A DNA stretch of 64,000 bases from a virus. A program made the translations under genes and the position numbers. The notes below the pieces were generated by a model that saw nothing but the letters and a program-made list of their open reading frames with translations, did not search any database and was not told the origin of the DNA. Location: IMG/VR virus record IMGVR_UViG_3300045996_002431, positions 11,217 through 75,216 of that record; one strand, 5' to 3'. Positions 47,329 to 57,609 of this stretch are shown one piece after another; the first letter of the stretch is position 1, and the number at the start of each line of letters is the position of its first letter.

Positions 47329-48095
47329 TAGCTAAGAAGTCCTGTTATTCGTTTAATGTCACCTTCTGAAATGTTCCATAGGGTGGTTTGATCTCCTTGT
47401 TTTGTCGACATGAATGACAACATCTTTTCGGTGATCACCTGAGTCATGGATTCAGGAAACTCTAATACGTCGGTAATAAGTGTTACCGGAGTTGGGTACT
47501 TCAGGTATTCTATAGCAACGTATTTTCCGCCGATAGAAGGCCTGATTTCAATTTCGGGCGCGCTTGGGTTAGAGTATGTCGAAGATGAGTAATCCGCGAA
47601 ATCTCTGTAAGAAAACTGCCGAAGTCCACTTGTCGACGAAAATACCTCACTGCCCTCAAGGAATGGGTTCTTATGGTTAATGTTTGCTTGCTCGGATGTC
47701 TTCCTGGCTGCCGAATAATCACTCCTGACAAATGACTTGCCGGGCATGAACTTTGATTGATTAGGATCAGCAAGGGGGGCTATTGAGTTATTTGGGTGAA
47801 GCTGAGGTTCAGGATATACTCCAATTATGGTCCAAAGACTGTGACCGACATCTGCCGGATTGAAAGATACCCTGGAATATTGATTGGCCTGGAATACTCG
47901 GACCTTAACAAGATCTCTAAGTTGTTCAGGCACAACCTTTTTCTTACCAAAAATTTCATTAAAAACCAGCACCAGCCACTCTATGGCTGAGTTTATGTTT
48001 GGTTTATAGTCCTGGTCGAATTTGTAGTAGTCGTTATTTTCCGCGTCGAGGGCCGCAGCGCCTCTGTCAACTACCGTTTGTACTTGGATGGCCAT
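47328..48095 (-). CDS. tail ring/tubular (head-tail adaptor) protein
   Basis: L.DLVK and EYLKYP.PV....LEFPE motifs; start reassigned to MAIQV (48095) because the TTG extension crosses a terminator and promoter. Confidence 0.65.
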   Translation of the reverse strand: MAIQVQTVVDRGAAALDAENNDYYKFDQDYKPNINSAIEWLVLVFNEIFGKKKVVPEQLRDLVKVRVFQANQYSRVSFNPADVGHSLWTIIGVYPEPQLHPNNSIAPLADPNQSKFMPGKSFVRSDYSAARKTSEQANINHKNPFLEGSEVFSSTSGLRQFSYRDFADYSSSTYSNPSAPEIEIRPSIGGKYVAIEYLKYPTPVTLITDVLEFPESMTQVITEKMLSFMSTKQGDQTTLWNISEGDIKRITGLLS

Positions 48096-48129
48096 TCCAG
48101 TAAATTTAACGAATTGAAACGGGAAAAGC

Positions 48130-48163
48130 AAAGCCCGATACATATCCTGATGTACCGGGCTTT
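48130..48163 (-). terminator. intrinsic terminator
   Basis: AAAGCCCGATACAT-ATCCTG-ATGTACCGGGCTTT hairpin after the 48196 gene. Confidence 0.65.
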
Positions 48164-48195
48164 GAAACCCTTTCTACCGATGGTTAGATGGGTGA

Positions 48196-49002
48196 TTATG
48201 GATTGAAAGTAGTCTTTACTTCCAGTTGCTTCGCAAAGATATCTTTGAAGAAGTGTTGTTGTGCATCCTTATCGGCAGCGATTTCCTTTTTAACAGCTTC
48301 CAGGGCCAGGTAATTCTTCATGGCTGTGATGTCTGCTGATTTAGGATAACCGGCCTTATTGTACATGGTCACGATTTGAGCCGGTTCCATAGAAGCCAGC
48401 GCATTGATGTGCTTGGTGATCCTTGACGCGATATCGGCATTTACTTCCATAGCCTGCTTTGCAGTTTCAAAGAAGTGGATCCCGTACTTACTGTGGGCTC
48501 TTAACCATTCCTTCTCCTTTTTAGAGTAGCATGGGTATGTTGAATAAGAGTACAGGTCGTAATGATTTCCGTTTCTCACCTTCTGTGTAGCTTGGTGCAT
48601 GAAGAAGATGGACTTGTTTACCGGTGGAATGATTGGCTTACCGTTGCGCTTGTCGTCGGTAATAACGTATCCGTATCCGTAAGAATAGAATATGATCGGG
48701 TCTTCAAGAACATCTTCAGGATCGATTTCTTCCGCCGAATAGAATTTAAGCGGGTTTCCGATGTCCTGTAGATCGCTTTGTTGTTTGAACATCTTGGCTG
48801 CTAAAGTAGCAGCAAGTTCAGCAATATCCTGATTTCCTTGTCCGCCTTTTTGACGTTTAAGTTCAGCGATTTCTCGTTCTTGATCTTCGAGTTTGCCTAA
48901 TAATGTTTGTAGTAATTCTGCGGTTTTATCCGTGTTGGAGACAGAGGATTCTTCTCCGAGATTGCCAAGGTCATCGCTTGGCTTGTTGTTGCCTTTTGCC
49001 AT
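48196..49002 (-). CDS. hypothetical structural/assembly protein
   Basis: 268-aa ORF directly downstream of the major capsid gene. Confidence 0.7.
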   Translation of the reverse strand: MAKGNNKPSDDLGNLGEESSVSNTDKTAELLQTLLGKLEDQEREIAELKRQKGGQGNQDIAELAATLAAKMFKQQSDLQDIGNPLKFYSAEEIDPEDVLEDPIIFYSYGYGYVITDDKRNGKPIIPPVNKSIFFMHQATQKVRNGNHYDLYSYSTYPCYSKKEKEWLRAHSKYGIHFFETAKQAMEVNADIASRITKHINALASMEPAQIVTMYNKAGYPKSADITAMKNYLALEAVKKEIAADKDAQQHFFKDIFAKQLEVKTTFNP

Positions 49003-49029
49003 TTTTCTTTTATCTTAATCGTTATTATT

Positions 49030-49064
49030 AAAAAATAACCCCGACCGATGTAGCCGGGGTTATT
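49030..49064 (-). terminator. intrinsic terminator after the major capsid gene
   Basis: AATAACCCCG...CGGGGTTATT with a T-run on the minus strand. Confidence 0.8.
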
Positions 49065-49077
49065 ATGTTTTTTAGGA

Positions 49078-50361
49078 CTATTGAACGTCGATCCAAAAAG
49101 ATGCAGGAGGGTTGTGGAATTGAAGACCCATCTGAGCCTCAACATACATATCCTGGAATCCTTCGCGAGAACCTTGTACACCTTTGTCAAGTGTGCTTTG
49201 CTCACCTGAGATGGTTGGGATTCCGCGCATTGATACCGGAGTGATTGTCTCCTGGTCAAGAACCAAGATACGACGCTTCCAAATTGCAGGGAAACATGAT
49301 GTTTCTTTGAACAATTCACAAGGAACTGTTACGAAACGCATTCCGCCGAATTCGTATTCTTTAAGATCAAGCTTCGCGATCTCATCGTTCGGAGTGTAAC
49401 GAAGACCTGGATCTTTGAAGATCTTGCTTAATTCATACAACATCTCTGCAGTAGCGTAGATAAAGCGAATTTCACCTTCAGCTTTGAAGTTTGTTGCGAA
49501 AGCAAGCGCCTCGAATGCAGGACGAAGACCGGCAAGAGTTGGGTTCGCGCTCATTGAACCAGCAGCTACCATTGTAGGGAAGATACCGCCTGTTGCTTTA
49601 GCGATATAACCGCTGGAGATTGCGAACTCACCGCGAGTACCGTTAAACAATGTATTGAACATGTCAATACGAAGTTGTTTAATCTTCTGCTCCTTGTCGA
49701 TAACAAGATAATCAGTCTTGTTGCTGTTGATGTGCTTCTGAAGCTCGATACGGCCCCAACGAGAAGCGCGTAAGAAGAATTGAACGTAGTTGTAACGCTC
49801 AACAACATCCATACGGCTGTAGTTAGAGAAGTATGTCATTGCATCAGCAACGATCGTAGACTGAGTTGAAAGAACTGTGGTTGCAGCGGCAGCAGGGATA
49901 CCTAAAGAGGTTAATGAAGAAACTGTAACCTGATTACCGGGACCAACAACTGTGATCACTGCTTTTTCGTTTCCAGGGAAAATAAGAACTAAATCCGGAG
50001 TCACGAAAGACATTGAAGCTGCTGTAAGCGGAATTGTCTGAGTTACGTTAGTACCTGGCACTGCAGCAACGGCACCCGAACCGGGAGCGTCAACGATGAT
50101 CGGTGAACGACCAAAGGTGTTCTCAAGGTAAGAGAATTCGTCGAGGTCTACTTCTTTGAAAGGTTTCGCAAAAAGCAGCTTTAACGCGTTGTACAATTTT
50201 GGAGCAGCATCAAAAATCTCACGCTTAAGCGCTTTGGCGATCATGATACTCTCGTCAGGAGATTGACCTGAGTCTACCGAGTAATTTGAGTTCTCGGGAT
50301 TGACGTTGGTGTTACCATACGGTAGACCACCTAAGCCTGGGGTATAGTTAGTGTTTGACAT
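49078..50361 (-). CDS. major capsid protein
   Basis: 427 aa; follows portal and scaffold; RYNYVQFF, L.NG.R, TGGI pattern of HK97-fold (SU10/DUF5309-like) MCPs; strong codon bias; own terminator. Confidence 0.85.
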   Translation of the reverse strand: MSNTNYTPGLGGLPYGNTNVNPENSNYSVDSGQSPDESIMIAKALKREIFDAAPKLYNALKLLFAKPFKEVDLDEFSYLENTFGRSPIIVDAPGSGAVAAVPGTNVTQTIPLTAASMSFVTPDLVLIFPGNEKAVITVVGPGNQVTVSSLTSLGIPAAAATTVLSTQSTIVADAMTYFSNYSRMDVVERYNYVQFFLRASRWGRIELQKHINSNKTDYLVIDKEQKIKQLRIDMFNTLFNGTRGEFAISSGYIAKATGGIFPTMVAAGSMSANPTLAGLRPAFEALAFATNFKAEGEIRFIYATAEMLYELSKIFKDPGLRYTPNDEIAKLDLKEYEFGGMRFVTVPCELFKETSCFPAIWKRRILVLDQETITPVSMRGIPTISGEQSTLDKGVQGSREGFQDMYVEAQMGLQFHNPPASFWIDVQ

Positions 50362-50386
50362 AATTAGTCTTTACTTTTTTTTGTTT

Positions 50387-51607
50387 TTAGAATGTTTTGT
50401 TTTGCTTCAAACCTTTCAAGAAATTCATTGCGCGTTTTCCATTTTCAGACAGCTCTTGTTTTTTATCGGCTGCGTTTCCGCTTGCGATTTTATCAGGAGC
50501 CTTTGAAACAAATTCTTCGCGAACTTCTGTCTCGGTTCGTTTTGTGGCGAAGTTCATGTACTGCTGGAGAGCCTCCATTCCATGTTTCGCCATTGTGAGT
50601 TTCATTGCAGCATCCGGCCTGAGTGAGCCCTTTTCATCTATGAATTCGGCAAGGATCGCATTCGCACCACCTTCAAGCGTCTTAGCGGAATCGTTTATGG
50701 CGATATCGCTAATTAAGGGAAGTGTTTTCCGAAGGTTTTCTACGGAACCGTTTATCGAAGCTTTATAAGCCTCCATTTGGGCTTTTTGCTTACCGACAAT
50801 CTCGGCACGTTTACCATCGAAACTGCGTTTGTCAACATCATACTTGAGTTTGGCAGCATCATACGCTACTTCAAGTGCCTTATTCTCCTCTTCCGCGTCT
50901 GTAAAGTCATCTTTCGAAAACTTTCCAGGGAAGTAATGGTTAATAAGTTGTTCCTTGGAGTAATCGTCTACTTTCTTGTTGAAGTTGAGACCCGGATCCT
51001 TTTGGAATTGACTTTCCCAGTCTTCGCCCTGATCAAAGGCCATAACTGCGTTGAAAAGTTTTTCCGGCATGGTTTCGAAGAACTTGTCGTAACTTTCGAC
51101 TTTCTTAGAAACATCTCCAAGTTTCTGAGCTTGTTCGCGCCATTTAGGAGCGATCTCGGTCAGGAACTTTTTTGCGTCATCAACACCGTAGTTCGATTTG
51201 ACGTATTTTTCTATGTCAGAGAACTCTTTGAACTCTACCTGATTTTCACCAGGAGTTTCTTTTTTTCCACCAATTTTTTGTTTTCCAAAAAGTTTGGTTT
51301 CAATTTCAATATCTTTTTCGCCTTCGCCTGTCTTTGCAGCTCCCTCGCCAGGAGTCTGTTTGTCTTCCGGCTTTGCAGCAGGAGTTTCAGCAGGTTTTTG
51401 TTGTGGCGGCGTAGTATTATTCGGCGGAGTTGTATTTCCAGCCGGTTTTTTCAAGGACTCAACATCCTTTTTAAAATCATTTTCAGTCTTCATTCCGCTA
51501 AGAAAGGCAGAAGTGCCGGTTAGCTTTGGACTTGAAGTTTGTGAAGGAACGTTATTTTGTTGGCTTGCAACATTCTGCGTACCAGCATTTTGGTTTTCTG
51601 TAGACAT
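50387..51607 (-). CDS. scaffolding protein
   Basis: Acidic/charged with a Pro-rich disordered N-terminus and helical body; lies between portal and MCP. Confidence 0.65.
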   Translation of the reverse strand: MSTENQNAGTQNVASQQNNVPSQTSSPKLTGTSAFLSGMKTENDFKKDVESLKKPAGNTTPPNNTTPPQQKPAETPAAKPEDKQTPGEGAAKTGEGEKDIEIETKLFGKQKIGGKKETPGENQVEFKEFSDIEKYVKSNYGVDDAKKFLTEIAPKWREQAQKLGDVSKKVESYDKFFETMPEKLFNAVMAFDQGEDWESQFQKDPGLNFNKKVDDYSKEQLINHYFPGKFSKDDFTDAEEENKALEVAYDAAKLKYDVDKRSFDGKRAEIVGKQKAQMEAYKASINGSVENLRKTLPLISDIAINDSAKTLEGGANAILAEFIDEKGSLRPDAAMKLTMAKHGMEALQQYMNFATKRTETEVREEFVSKAPDKIASGNAADKKQELSENGKRAMNFLKGLKQNKTF

Positions 51608-51679
51608 GAATCTTTTATCTTAAATCAAGAGGTGTTGATTAAAGTTAATAAAAAATTCTTAATTACCAAAAGCGTGGCA

Positions 51680-53908
51680 CTATTGTTGAGTTTTGAGCGC
51701 CTGCGACATGGCTGCGATACGCTCTTTAGACTTTGTTTCCATTGCTGTTTTTGCAAGTGAATTCTGTTCCGCCATGTGTTGGCTCTGAAGATTGTTTAAC
51801 TGATTCTGTTCTTCTCGAGCGCCTTGAAGCTTGTTTTGAGTGGCCATCTTGTTATACATGTCCTCGGTTTGAGCGGCCTGGTTTTTGATAGCCTGGCGAC
51901 GCATTTCAAGTTTCTCTTTAGCGTATTGACGCATAGCCATGCCAACTTCAGAAGGAGTTGCACGACCCCAAAGATCAGCGATACGAATATCATCAAGCAT
52001 GTCGAGTTGCTTTAACTGCATCATTAAGTTGTTTGCTGCATTGATTAATACTTCGTCGACGTTCTCGCGAACTATGCTTGTTCTGAAGTCTTCTGACTTC
52101 ATGTCTTTAGATATACGGATTATCTGAACACCCTCGTCACCAACCGCAATCGCCAACTCTCTTTCGTTATCGGCGTATAGGTTTTTTCCATAACTAACGA
52201 TAGCCTGGTACATGCGTTTCATTTTTTCAGCTATCGCATTATAGAATGGCTCCTGCATTAAAGATCCTCTTTGGATCATTAACTGTGTTGTTCCGACTAA
52301 TTGATCACTTCCGCCCTGCTGGCCCTGTAGAGCTTCGTTTACGCCGGTCATCCTGGTTGTGTAGTTATTTAATGTATCGATTACATTAAATAGTACCTGA
52401 GTGCCTTGACGAATGGTTCCGTCGTACTGGCCAACCATGTTTTGAATACCGCGGCCGCGAGCATTTACTGTCACCGGCCTGGATTGATTCATTGCCCTTA
52501 GCGCTTCTGATTCTTCGTCCGGGTGATCGAATACTGACTTGTCAAGTATTGTTCCGGCTCCTCGGCTGTTGTTAATTTGGTTTTCCGCCACGGATAGTAC
52601 GCGGTTGATTAACCTTTGAGGATCGATGGCGTCATCAACCGGAGCGATGACCTGTCCGTCAATGTAGTTCCATGTATAAATACAGAATGGGAATTTCGCG
52701 CTGTGAAAATCCATATTATCGGTTTCCTGGTAAGCTAAAACTCCGTAGTCAAGAATAATGTCTTTTTTATTGAATTGTGATTGGGTTGTCATTATTTCAT
52801 TTGGAATGAAATGACAATAACGAATCACGTCAACATAAATAGTTTTTGTAGGTTTGCCGTTAAGCACTCGCTTCTGTTTTTCAGGACTGACCATGATCAC
52901 ATCCTTGTTTGTGTAACGAGGCTTATCTTCACCTGGGTACGTGTAGTTGATCTTTGTCAGGTATTCGTAACCATATTCATCCTTCACATAGCCGTACTCG
53001 CATTTCTCACTATCTTTCCAGTATGTGTAAAATGTAGGTATTTTATTGGATGGGATTGATGATCCGAAGCTGTGGTTTAATGTGGCAAATTCAGAAGCCG
53101 ACCATTTTTCAATGGCCTTAATATGATCTTCTTCGAGCTTTTGGTGATGCTGCTCGAATATATCCGTAGGCTCCATTGGAATGTACTTACCGCAGTAGCC
53201 TACATCAGAAAGGTCGGCCTTTTTCCCCGATCGATCCCAAAAGAAGTATTCAGGTTGAACTTCCTGAAACCTCATGTTTCCGGCATGCTCAAAGTACTCT
53301 GTTATAGTTATCCCGTTTAAGGCAAGCGGAATGGCTGACTCGAACTTAATAGCATTGAAATCGTTTATTTCGGATACGTGCTTACATAGGTTGTTTATAA
53401 CCCACACGTATTGATCCTGATAAGAGTTCTCAAATATAGATACAGTTTCTTCTGCAGTGTCACCAACACCGAAGCGGCGCTGAAGCATAGGTTTTAATGA
53501 TGGGATTTGCTGTGATGCATTAAAGTGTAGCATCATTTCAGCAAGAGCGGTTTCCCGGCGATTGATTGCCTTTTTGGAGTACGATTTAAGTGTTGCGTTA
53601 TACTCCATTCTGATCGCGTTACCGCGGTACTGCTCGACCATTGGCCGAATGACGTTGTTTACGATCTTTAATCGATTCCTTACTTCTCCGGTGTCGTCCT
53701 TTAAAAACTCTTCAAGATCCTCTTCATCGATCCATTGGTTTCCGATGTAGAAGTTCTTGTTAATGTCAATCTTTTCGAGATATTTTTTGTGAAGAGAATT
53801 ATTGGCGTTGTAAACGCAGTAACGAGCGTACCGCGCATGGTAGTCTTCGTTTTTGCTTTCTGTTACTCTGTTTGGACGATTTCCGCCGTAAGAAACTAAT
53901 GATATCAT
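51680..53908 (-). CDS. portal protein
   Basis: 742 aa; NFY.GNQW, N.IRPMVEQ..G, DPQRLIN, TGVNEALQG, Q-rich barrel C-terminus (P22/crAss-like portal). Confidence 0.88.
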   Translation of the reverse strand: MISLVSYGGNRPNRVTESKNEDYHARYARYCVYNANNSLHKKYLEKIDINKNFYIGNQWIDEEDLEEFLKDDTGEVRNRLKIVNNVIRPMVEQYRGNAIRMEYNATLKSYSKKAINRRETALAEMMLHFNASQQIPSLKPMLQRRFGVGDTAEETVSIFENSYQDQYVWVINNLCKHVSEINDFNAIKFESAIPLALNGITITEYFEHAGNMRFQEVQPEYFFWDRSGKKADLSDVGYCGKYIPMEPTDIFEQHHQKLEEDHIKAIEKWSASEFATLNHSFGSSIPSNKIPTFYTYWKDSEKCEYGYVKDEYGYEYLTKINYTYPGEDKPRYTNKDVIMVSPEKQKRVLNGKPTKTIYVDVIRYCHFIPNEIMTTQSQFNKKDIILDYGVLAYQETDNMDFHSAKFPFCIYTWNYIDGQVIAPVDDAIDPQRLINRVLSVAENQINNSRGAGTILDKSVFDHPDEESEALRAMNQSRPVTVNARGRGIQNMVGQYDGTIRQGTQVLFNVIDTLNNYTTRMTGVNEALQGQQGGSDQLVGTTQLMIQRGSLMQEPFYNAIAEKMKRMYQAIVSYGKNLYADNERELAIAVGDEGVQIIRISKDMKSEDFRTSIVRENVDEVLINAANNLMMQLKQLDMLDDIRIADLWGRATPSEVGMAMRQYAKEKLEMRRQAIKNQAAQTEDMYNKMATQNKLQGAREEQNQLNNLQSQHMAEQNSLAKTAMETKSKERIAAMSQALKTQQ

Positions 53909-54492
53909 TGTCTAGCTTTGTGCCATAATTCGATGGCCTTTTCGTTTGAACCGGTTTCAGTAGAAGCCTCATCAGTACCGAATCCTTCTTCCATTTTTTT
54001 GATAATGTCAGGCATCTCCTGAGCTATCCTGGTTGCGTAAGTCACGTACTGATTTCTAGCGGCAAAGTCGATTCCTAAGTTATTCCCTTCTTTATCAACA
54101 AGTTGAAAATCAGAATCTTTAACTTTAGCCAGTTTCTCAAAGTTAGCAAAAATTTCCTTATAAACCTTACGGGCCTGGTTACGGAGATTGGTTTCAAACT
54201 TCTCCATTCGATCGCATGCCACTTTTAAATCTTCGGGCCAAAGGTCCTCTTGAAGAAGTTTAATAGTAGCGCCGTCGGGTTTCCAGCCGGACTCTTTAAG
54301 GCATAGTTCCAGTCTTTTTTTGAATGGCATTTCAGGACTAACAGGTGACGTTGGGTTGGACCAATACCACACGAATAGCATTTGAGACGCACTTCTGAGT
54401 TTCTTAAACTCATGTATTTTCATTAACTCAGGGTATTGGATCCTGAGATCCCTGCCGGTCTTCGGGTAGAATAGTGTTACATCATTTGCCAT
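53905..54492 (-). CDS. hypothetical protein between TerL and portal (possible TerS)
   Basis: 195-aa helical protein overlapping both TerL and portal. Confidence 0.6.
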   Translation of the reverse strand: MANDVTLFYPKTGRDLRIQYPELMKIHEFKKLRSASQMLFVWYWSNPTSPVSPEMPFKKRLELCLKESGWKPDGATIKLLQEDLWPEDLKVACDRMEKFETNLRNQARKVYKEIFANFEKLAKVKDSDFQLVDKEGNNLGIDFAARNQYVTYATRIAQEMPDIIKKMEEGFGTDEASTETGSNEKAIELWHKARQ

Positions 54493-56770
54493 ATTTCCTT
54501 ACTTTTTGAGGTGATCGGCGAAGCTTGTAGTTTGAATCTCTGTACAAAGGGTACTTAACAGCGATTTTGACTGCTTCTCCTGTTATTTTCTGAGGCTTCA
54601 GGTGACTGAAAGACTTGGCGCATATGTATGCATAGGTTATGGCCCAAATAACGTCATCTTTGTAATAACGTCTGTCTATTGGTCCCCATGTTACTCCGCC
54701 AGCATCTGTTTCCTTGCAGGTGAATGATTTTAACTGCTCGTAGAAACGCCTTATGTATACTCGATCACCATAGGCCTGTAGTAACTCAAAAGTGTTGTCG
54801 ATTACGCTCTTGTTTCTGACTCCTTTATTATCCAGTCCTCTCGCTTGGGATCCTGTTTTATTCCTGAACACATCCGGAAGCTCCGAGGTCCAAACTACTG
54901 TTTTTTCTCTTCCGCGGTCGGATTTGTAATCCATATAATTAGTACCTATATTACTTTCTGTCAAGTCTTTAACCCCAAGGCTTTCTTCAGTGTCGTAGTA
55001 TATTCCCATGAGCATACACTGTAAATATGTATACTTGTAATTCTGCTCTCGATGATCTACCACGCATGGCGCTGTATTGTATTCGGCGTCCCAAATAGCA
55101 GAGGCCATGTTCGATAATCCTGACTCGGCATTGATTGGGTCATCTCCTTGATAATACCGGTTTCTCCATCCTGGAACAGGAGGTTGGAACATTATGGTTG
55201 TGCATCTTGGGTCGTGAGCGTCTGTCTGTATAAACTTAGCCCCTGTGATCGCGTAAGGTATATCAAAACCTTCCGGCATCGGTTTACTGGTGTCGTATAT
55301 TGGTTCAAAGAATCCGTACTTGGTTTTAACTTCGCATTCATCAATCCTTCTCTCGTTCCTATGAATAAAGTCAATGTCGACAAGGGTAGCCTGTGACGAC
55401 AAGAACATGTCTTCAATGGTAGATGGGAATTGCTGGTAGAACTTAATCCTCTTTGCTGCAGCATCGGGACCCGTTGCAGCGAATGCTTCTGCTTTCTTTT
55501 GATCATAGAATTCTTGATCAATACCTGGACGGGTTGTCCAGTCAAAGAATATCGGAATTATACCCGAGCCCCACTTACGTTCTTTCCACTGCCTTACGGC
55601 CACCATAAACTCGAACTCGAAAGACTTACCGCCACGCTCCATATCTCCACCTGTTCCCCAACCGATAAACTGTCGGTTCATCTTGATTTTTTTGGTAACG
55701 GGATCCTGGGACGACATTGTTGGATTGGCATCCTGCATCATCTTTGAGAATATGGAAATGTTTCCAGCCTCATCGACAAGACAGGTGTTTGGTGATCCGC
55801 CGGCGATAGCAGTTATGGATGGCGCATCTGTTAATATAGAGGATCCAACCCCTTCATTCCTTCCTTTTTGATCACCTTTACTTCCGAGTCTTAAGTGCGT
55901 TCCTGACCAGTTTAATACTTTTGGAGTCACCCATTCAGGCCAGGCGGTGAAAGAGGCTTTTATTTTATCTTCGTAGATCTCTAGACCCTTATCCTTATCT
56001 TCGGTAATAAACTTGATAAAGAAGTTCTTTTTAAATATGATCTTCTTCCCAGCCATTAATGCCAGTGTGGACGTAGCTGCTATCTGACGAGGTTTCCCGA
56101 TTAGCATGGAGTATCTGCAGTCATCGAGGTATATCATTACCTCATGGGCTGGTGTAGCTGTGTAGGTACGCCATCCACCTTCGACAATAGCATCCTTTAC
56201 CTTTCCATACTTATTTAACGCGTACAGGGAATTTTCATCCATACGATCCAGTTCGCGCATTTTAAACTCAGCTATATCTTCCGGGTACTGGTATTTTGAA
56301 ATAACATCATTCTCCATGAGCCAGTCGTAAGCCTGTTTTTTATACAGTTCGAACTTCTCATAAGCGATCATGTTTTGGAATCCATAAAAGACGAAACTAT
56401 CTATCCATCTTACAAAATCCTCTTCATGATAAACAATATCTTTTGGGATCCAGTCTTCCCTGGAAATATTATTCCTGTTTAGAAACTTCTTATCTACGTG
56501 CCTTTTTGGATCAAAGATATGAATGTCTTCCTGGGCAGAATCTCCCATAACGACAACAAGTTCGTCGTCGAACGCTTTCTCTTCTTCGGTTTTCTTTAAT
56601 GGTATGGGATACTCTTCCTTTTCCTCTTCTTTTGGTTTTTCCGTCGGCTTTCCTTCAATTTTGATTCGTCCTTTTTGAATCAGGAGATCGATCTGATCTT
56701 GAGGAAGTGTTACGCCTTCGTTGTGGAGGTCATGGAGAAAGTTTATGTATTTCTCGCTGGGATTATGCAT
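54482..56770 (-). CDS. terL: terminase large subunit
   Basis: KPRQIAATS (Walker A variant), LVDEAG (Walker B), GTGG coupling motif, QQFP....F, Y.GDDP nuclease, ESN, DDVIWA. Confidence 0.9.
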   Translation of the reverse strand: MHNPSEKYINFLHDLHNEGVTLPQDQIDLLIQKGRIKIEGKPTEKPKEEEKEEYPIPLKKTEEEKAFDDELVVVMGDSAQEDIHIFDPKRHVDKKFLNRNNISREDWIPKDIVYHEEDFVRWIDSFVFYGFQNMIAYEKFELYKKQAYDWLMENDVISKYQYPEDIAEFKMRELDRMDENSLYALNKYGKVKDAIVEGGWRTYTATPAHEVMIYLDDCRYSMLIGKPRQIAATSTLALMAGKKIIFKKNFFIKFITEDKDKGLEIYEDKIKASFTAWPEWVTPKVLNWSGTHLRLGSKGDQKGRNEGVGSSILTDAPSITAIAGGSPNTCLVDEAGNISIFSKMMQDANPTMSSQDPVTKKIKMNRQFIGWGTGGDMERGGKSFEFEFMVAVRQWKERKWGSGIIPIFFDWTTRPGIDQEFYDQKKAEAFAATGPDAAAKRIKFYQQFPSTIEDMFLSSQATLVDIDFIHRNERRIDECEVKTKYGFFEPIYDTSKPMPEGFDIPYAITGAKFIQTDAHDPRCTTIMFQPPVPGWRNRYYQGDDPINAESGLSNMASAIWDAEYNTAPCVVDHREQNYKYTYLQCMLMGIYYDTEESLGVKDLTESNIGTNYMDYKSDRGREKTVVWTSELPDVFRNKTGSQARGLDNKGVRNKSVIDNTFELLQAYGDRVYIRRFYEQLKSFTCKETDAGGVTWGPIDRRYYKDDVIWAITYAYICAKSFSHLKPQKITGEAVKIAVKYPLYRDSNYKLRRSPQKVRKYGK

Positions 56771-57032
56771 TTTCTGCCTTCCATTTTAGAATAGGACATT
56801 CCGAGTCTAATGATCTGCATTTGGCGCTTAACGGGCATCCGCAAAGACTGCACTTCATTCCTTTAATTACCTGAATGGTTTTGTCGGGCATTTTTTGATT
56901 CCACGAACCCATAACGGCGTGTGGACAAATAGAACATGCGGCTGCTCTTTTTTTGGCAATCTCTTCTACTTTGGGATCTTCGAAGATGTAATTACGCCAG
57001 CCTTCAACTATTTCCTTGAACTTCTTGAACAT
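56763..57032 (-). CDS. small Zn-binding protein
   Basis: R...C..CP...C..CGCPL.AK.R....CP..KW. Confidence 0.75.
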   Translation of the reverse strand: MFKKFKEIVEGWRNYIFEDPKVEEIAKKRAAACSICPHAVMGSWNQKMPDKTIQVIKGMKCSLCGCPLSAKCRSLDSECPILKWKAENA

Positions 57033-57147
57033 TATCTTCTTTCAAAATTTTCCCCAATGTAAATTCCCCCGGTCAACCATGAGAAAACGTCCGGGGGAAT
57101 CCACTGGGTTTCTGACCCATCGCCAGTTGCCTGACAAGAGCCTATAG

Positions 57148-57219
<72 letters not shown>

Positions 57220-57225
57220 ATAGGA

Positions 57226-57459
57226 TTAAACTCCTGCAGTGGCTGCAGAAGCTAAGAAGTCAGCAAGAGCTGCGTCGCGTAATACGGCGCTTGTGTATCG
57301 CCAAATAACAGTTTTCACTGAATTCACATAAGTGAAAGTGATTGTGTATTCTGAGGCGAAGTCGGTTGATCCTACTTCTGCAACGAATTCTGCGTTTACT
57401 GGCTCATTTGGATTAAGGGCCGAAGCTGATGTAAATAATGGAGTGACTAAAGCTGACAT
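57226..57459 (-). CDS. small hypothetical protein
   Basis: 77-aa Ala-rich ORF with an upstream TAAATTAG promoter-like element. Confidence 0.65.
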   Translation of the reverse strand: MSALVTPLFTSASALNPNEPVNAEFVAEVGSTDFASEYTITFTYVNSVKTVIWRYTSAVLRDAALADFLASAATAGV

Positions 57460-57513
57460 GTTATTTTAAAATCAAAAGGTTTCTCCCTAATTTAACGAAT
57501 TGATTTGAAATAA

Positions 57514-57541
57514 CAAAAAACCAGGCTCGAGACCTGGTTTA
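57514..57541. terminator. intrinsic terminator-like hairpin
   Basis: AAAAAACCAGG-CTCGAGA-CCTGGTTT. Confidence 0.6.
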
Positions 57542-57609
57542 CTTGGGGATCCGGTTCCGGTGCCGATAAGTGGTCGGCTTGTTTGGATCCCTATCCGCCG
57601 GGGAATGCT

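Noticed and set aside
48897-49319. 140-aa minus-strand ORF bridging MCP and the next gene (possible frameshift extension)
   Set aside because: It crosses a strong terminator, has no obvious slippery site and has unnatural composition.
50777-51523. 248-aa + strand ORF and similar long antisense ORFs in the structural block
   Set aside because: Shadow frames of codon-biased minus-strand genes.
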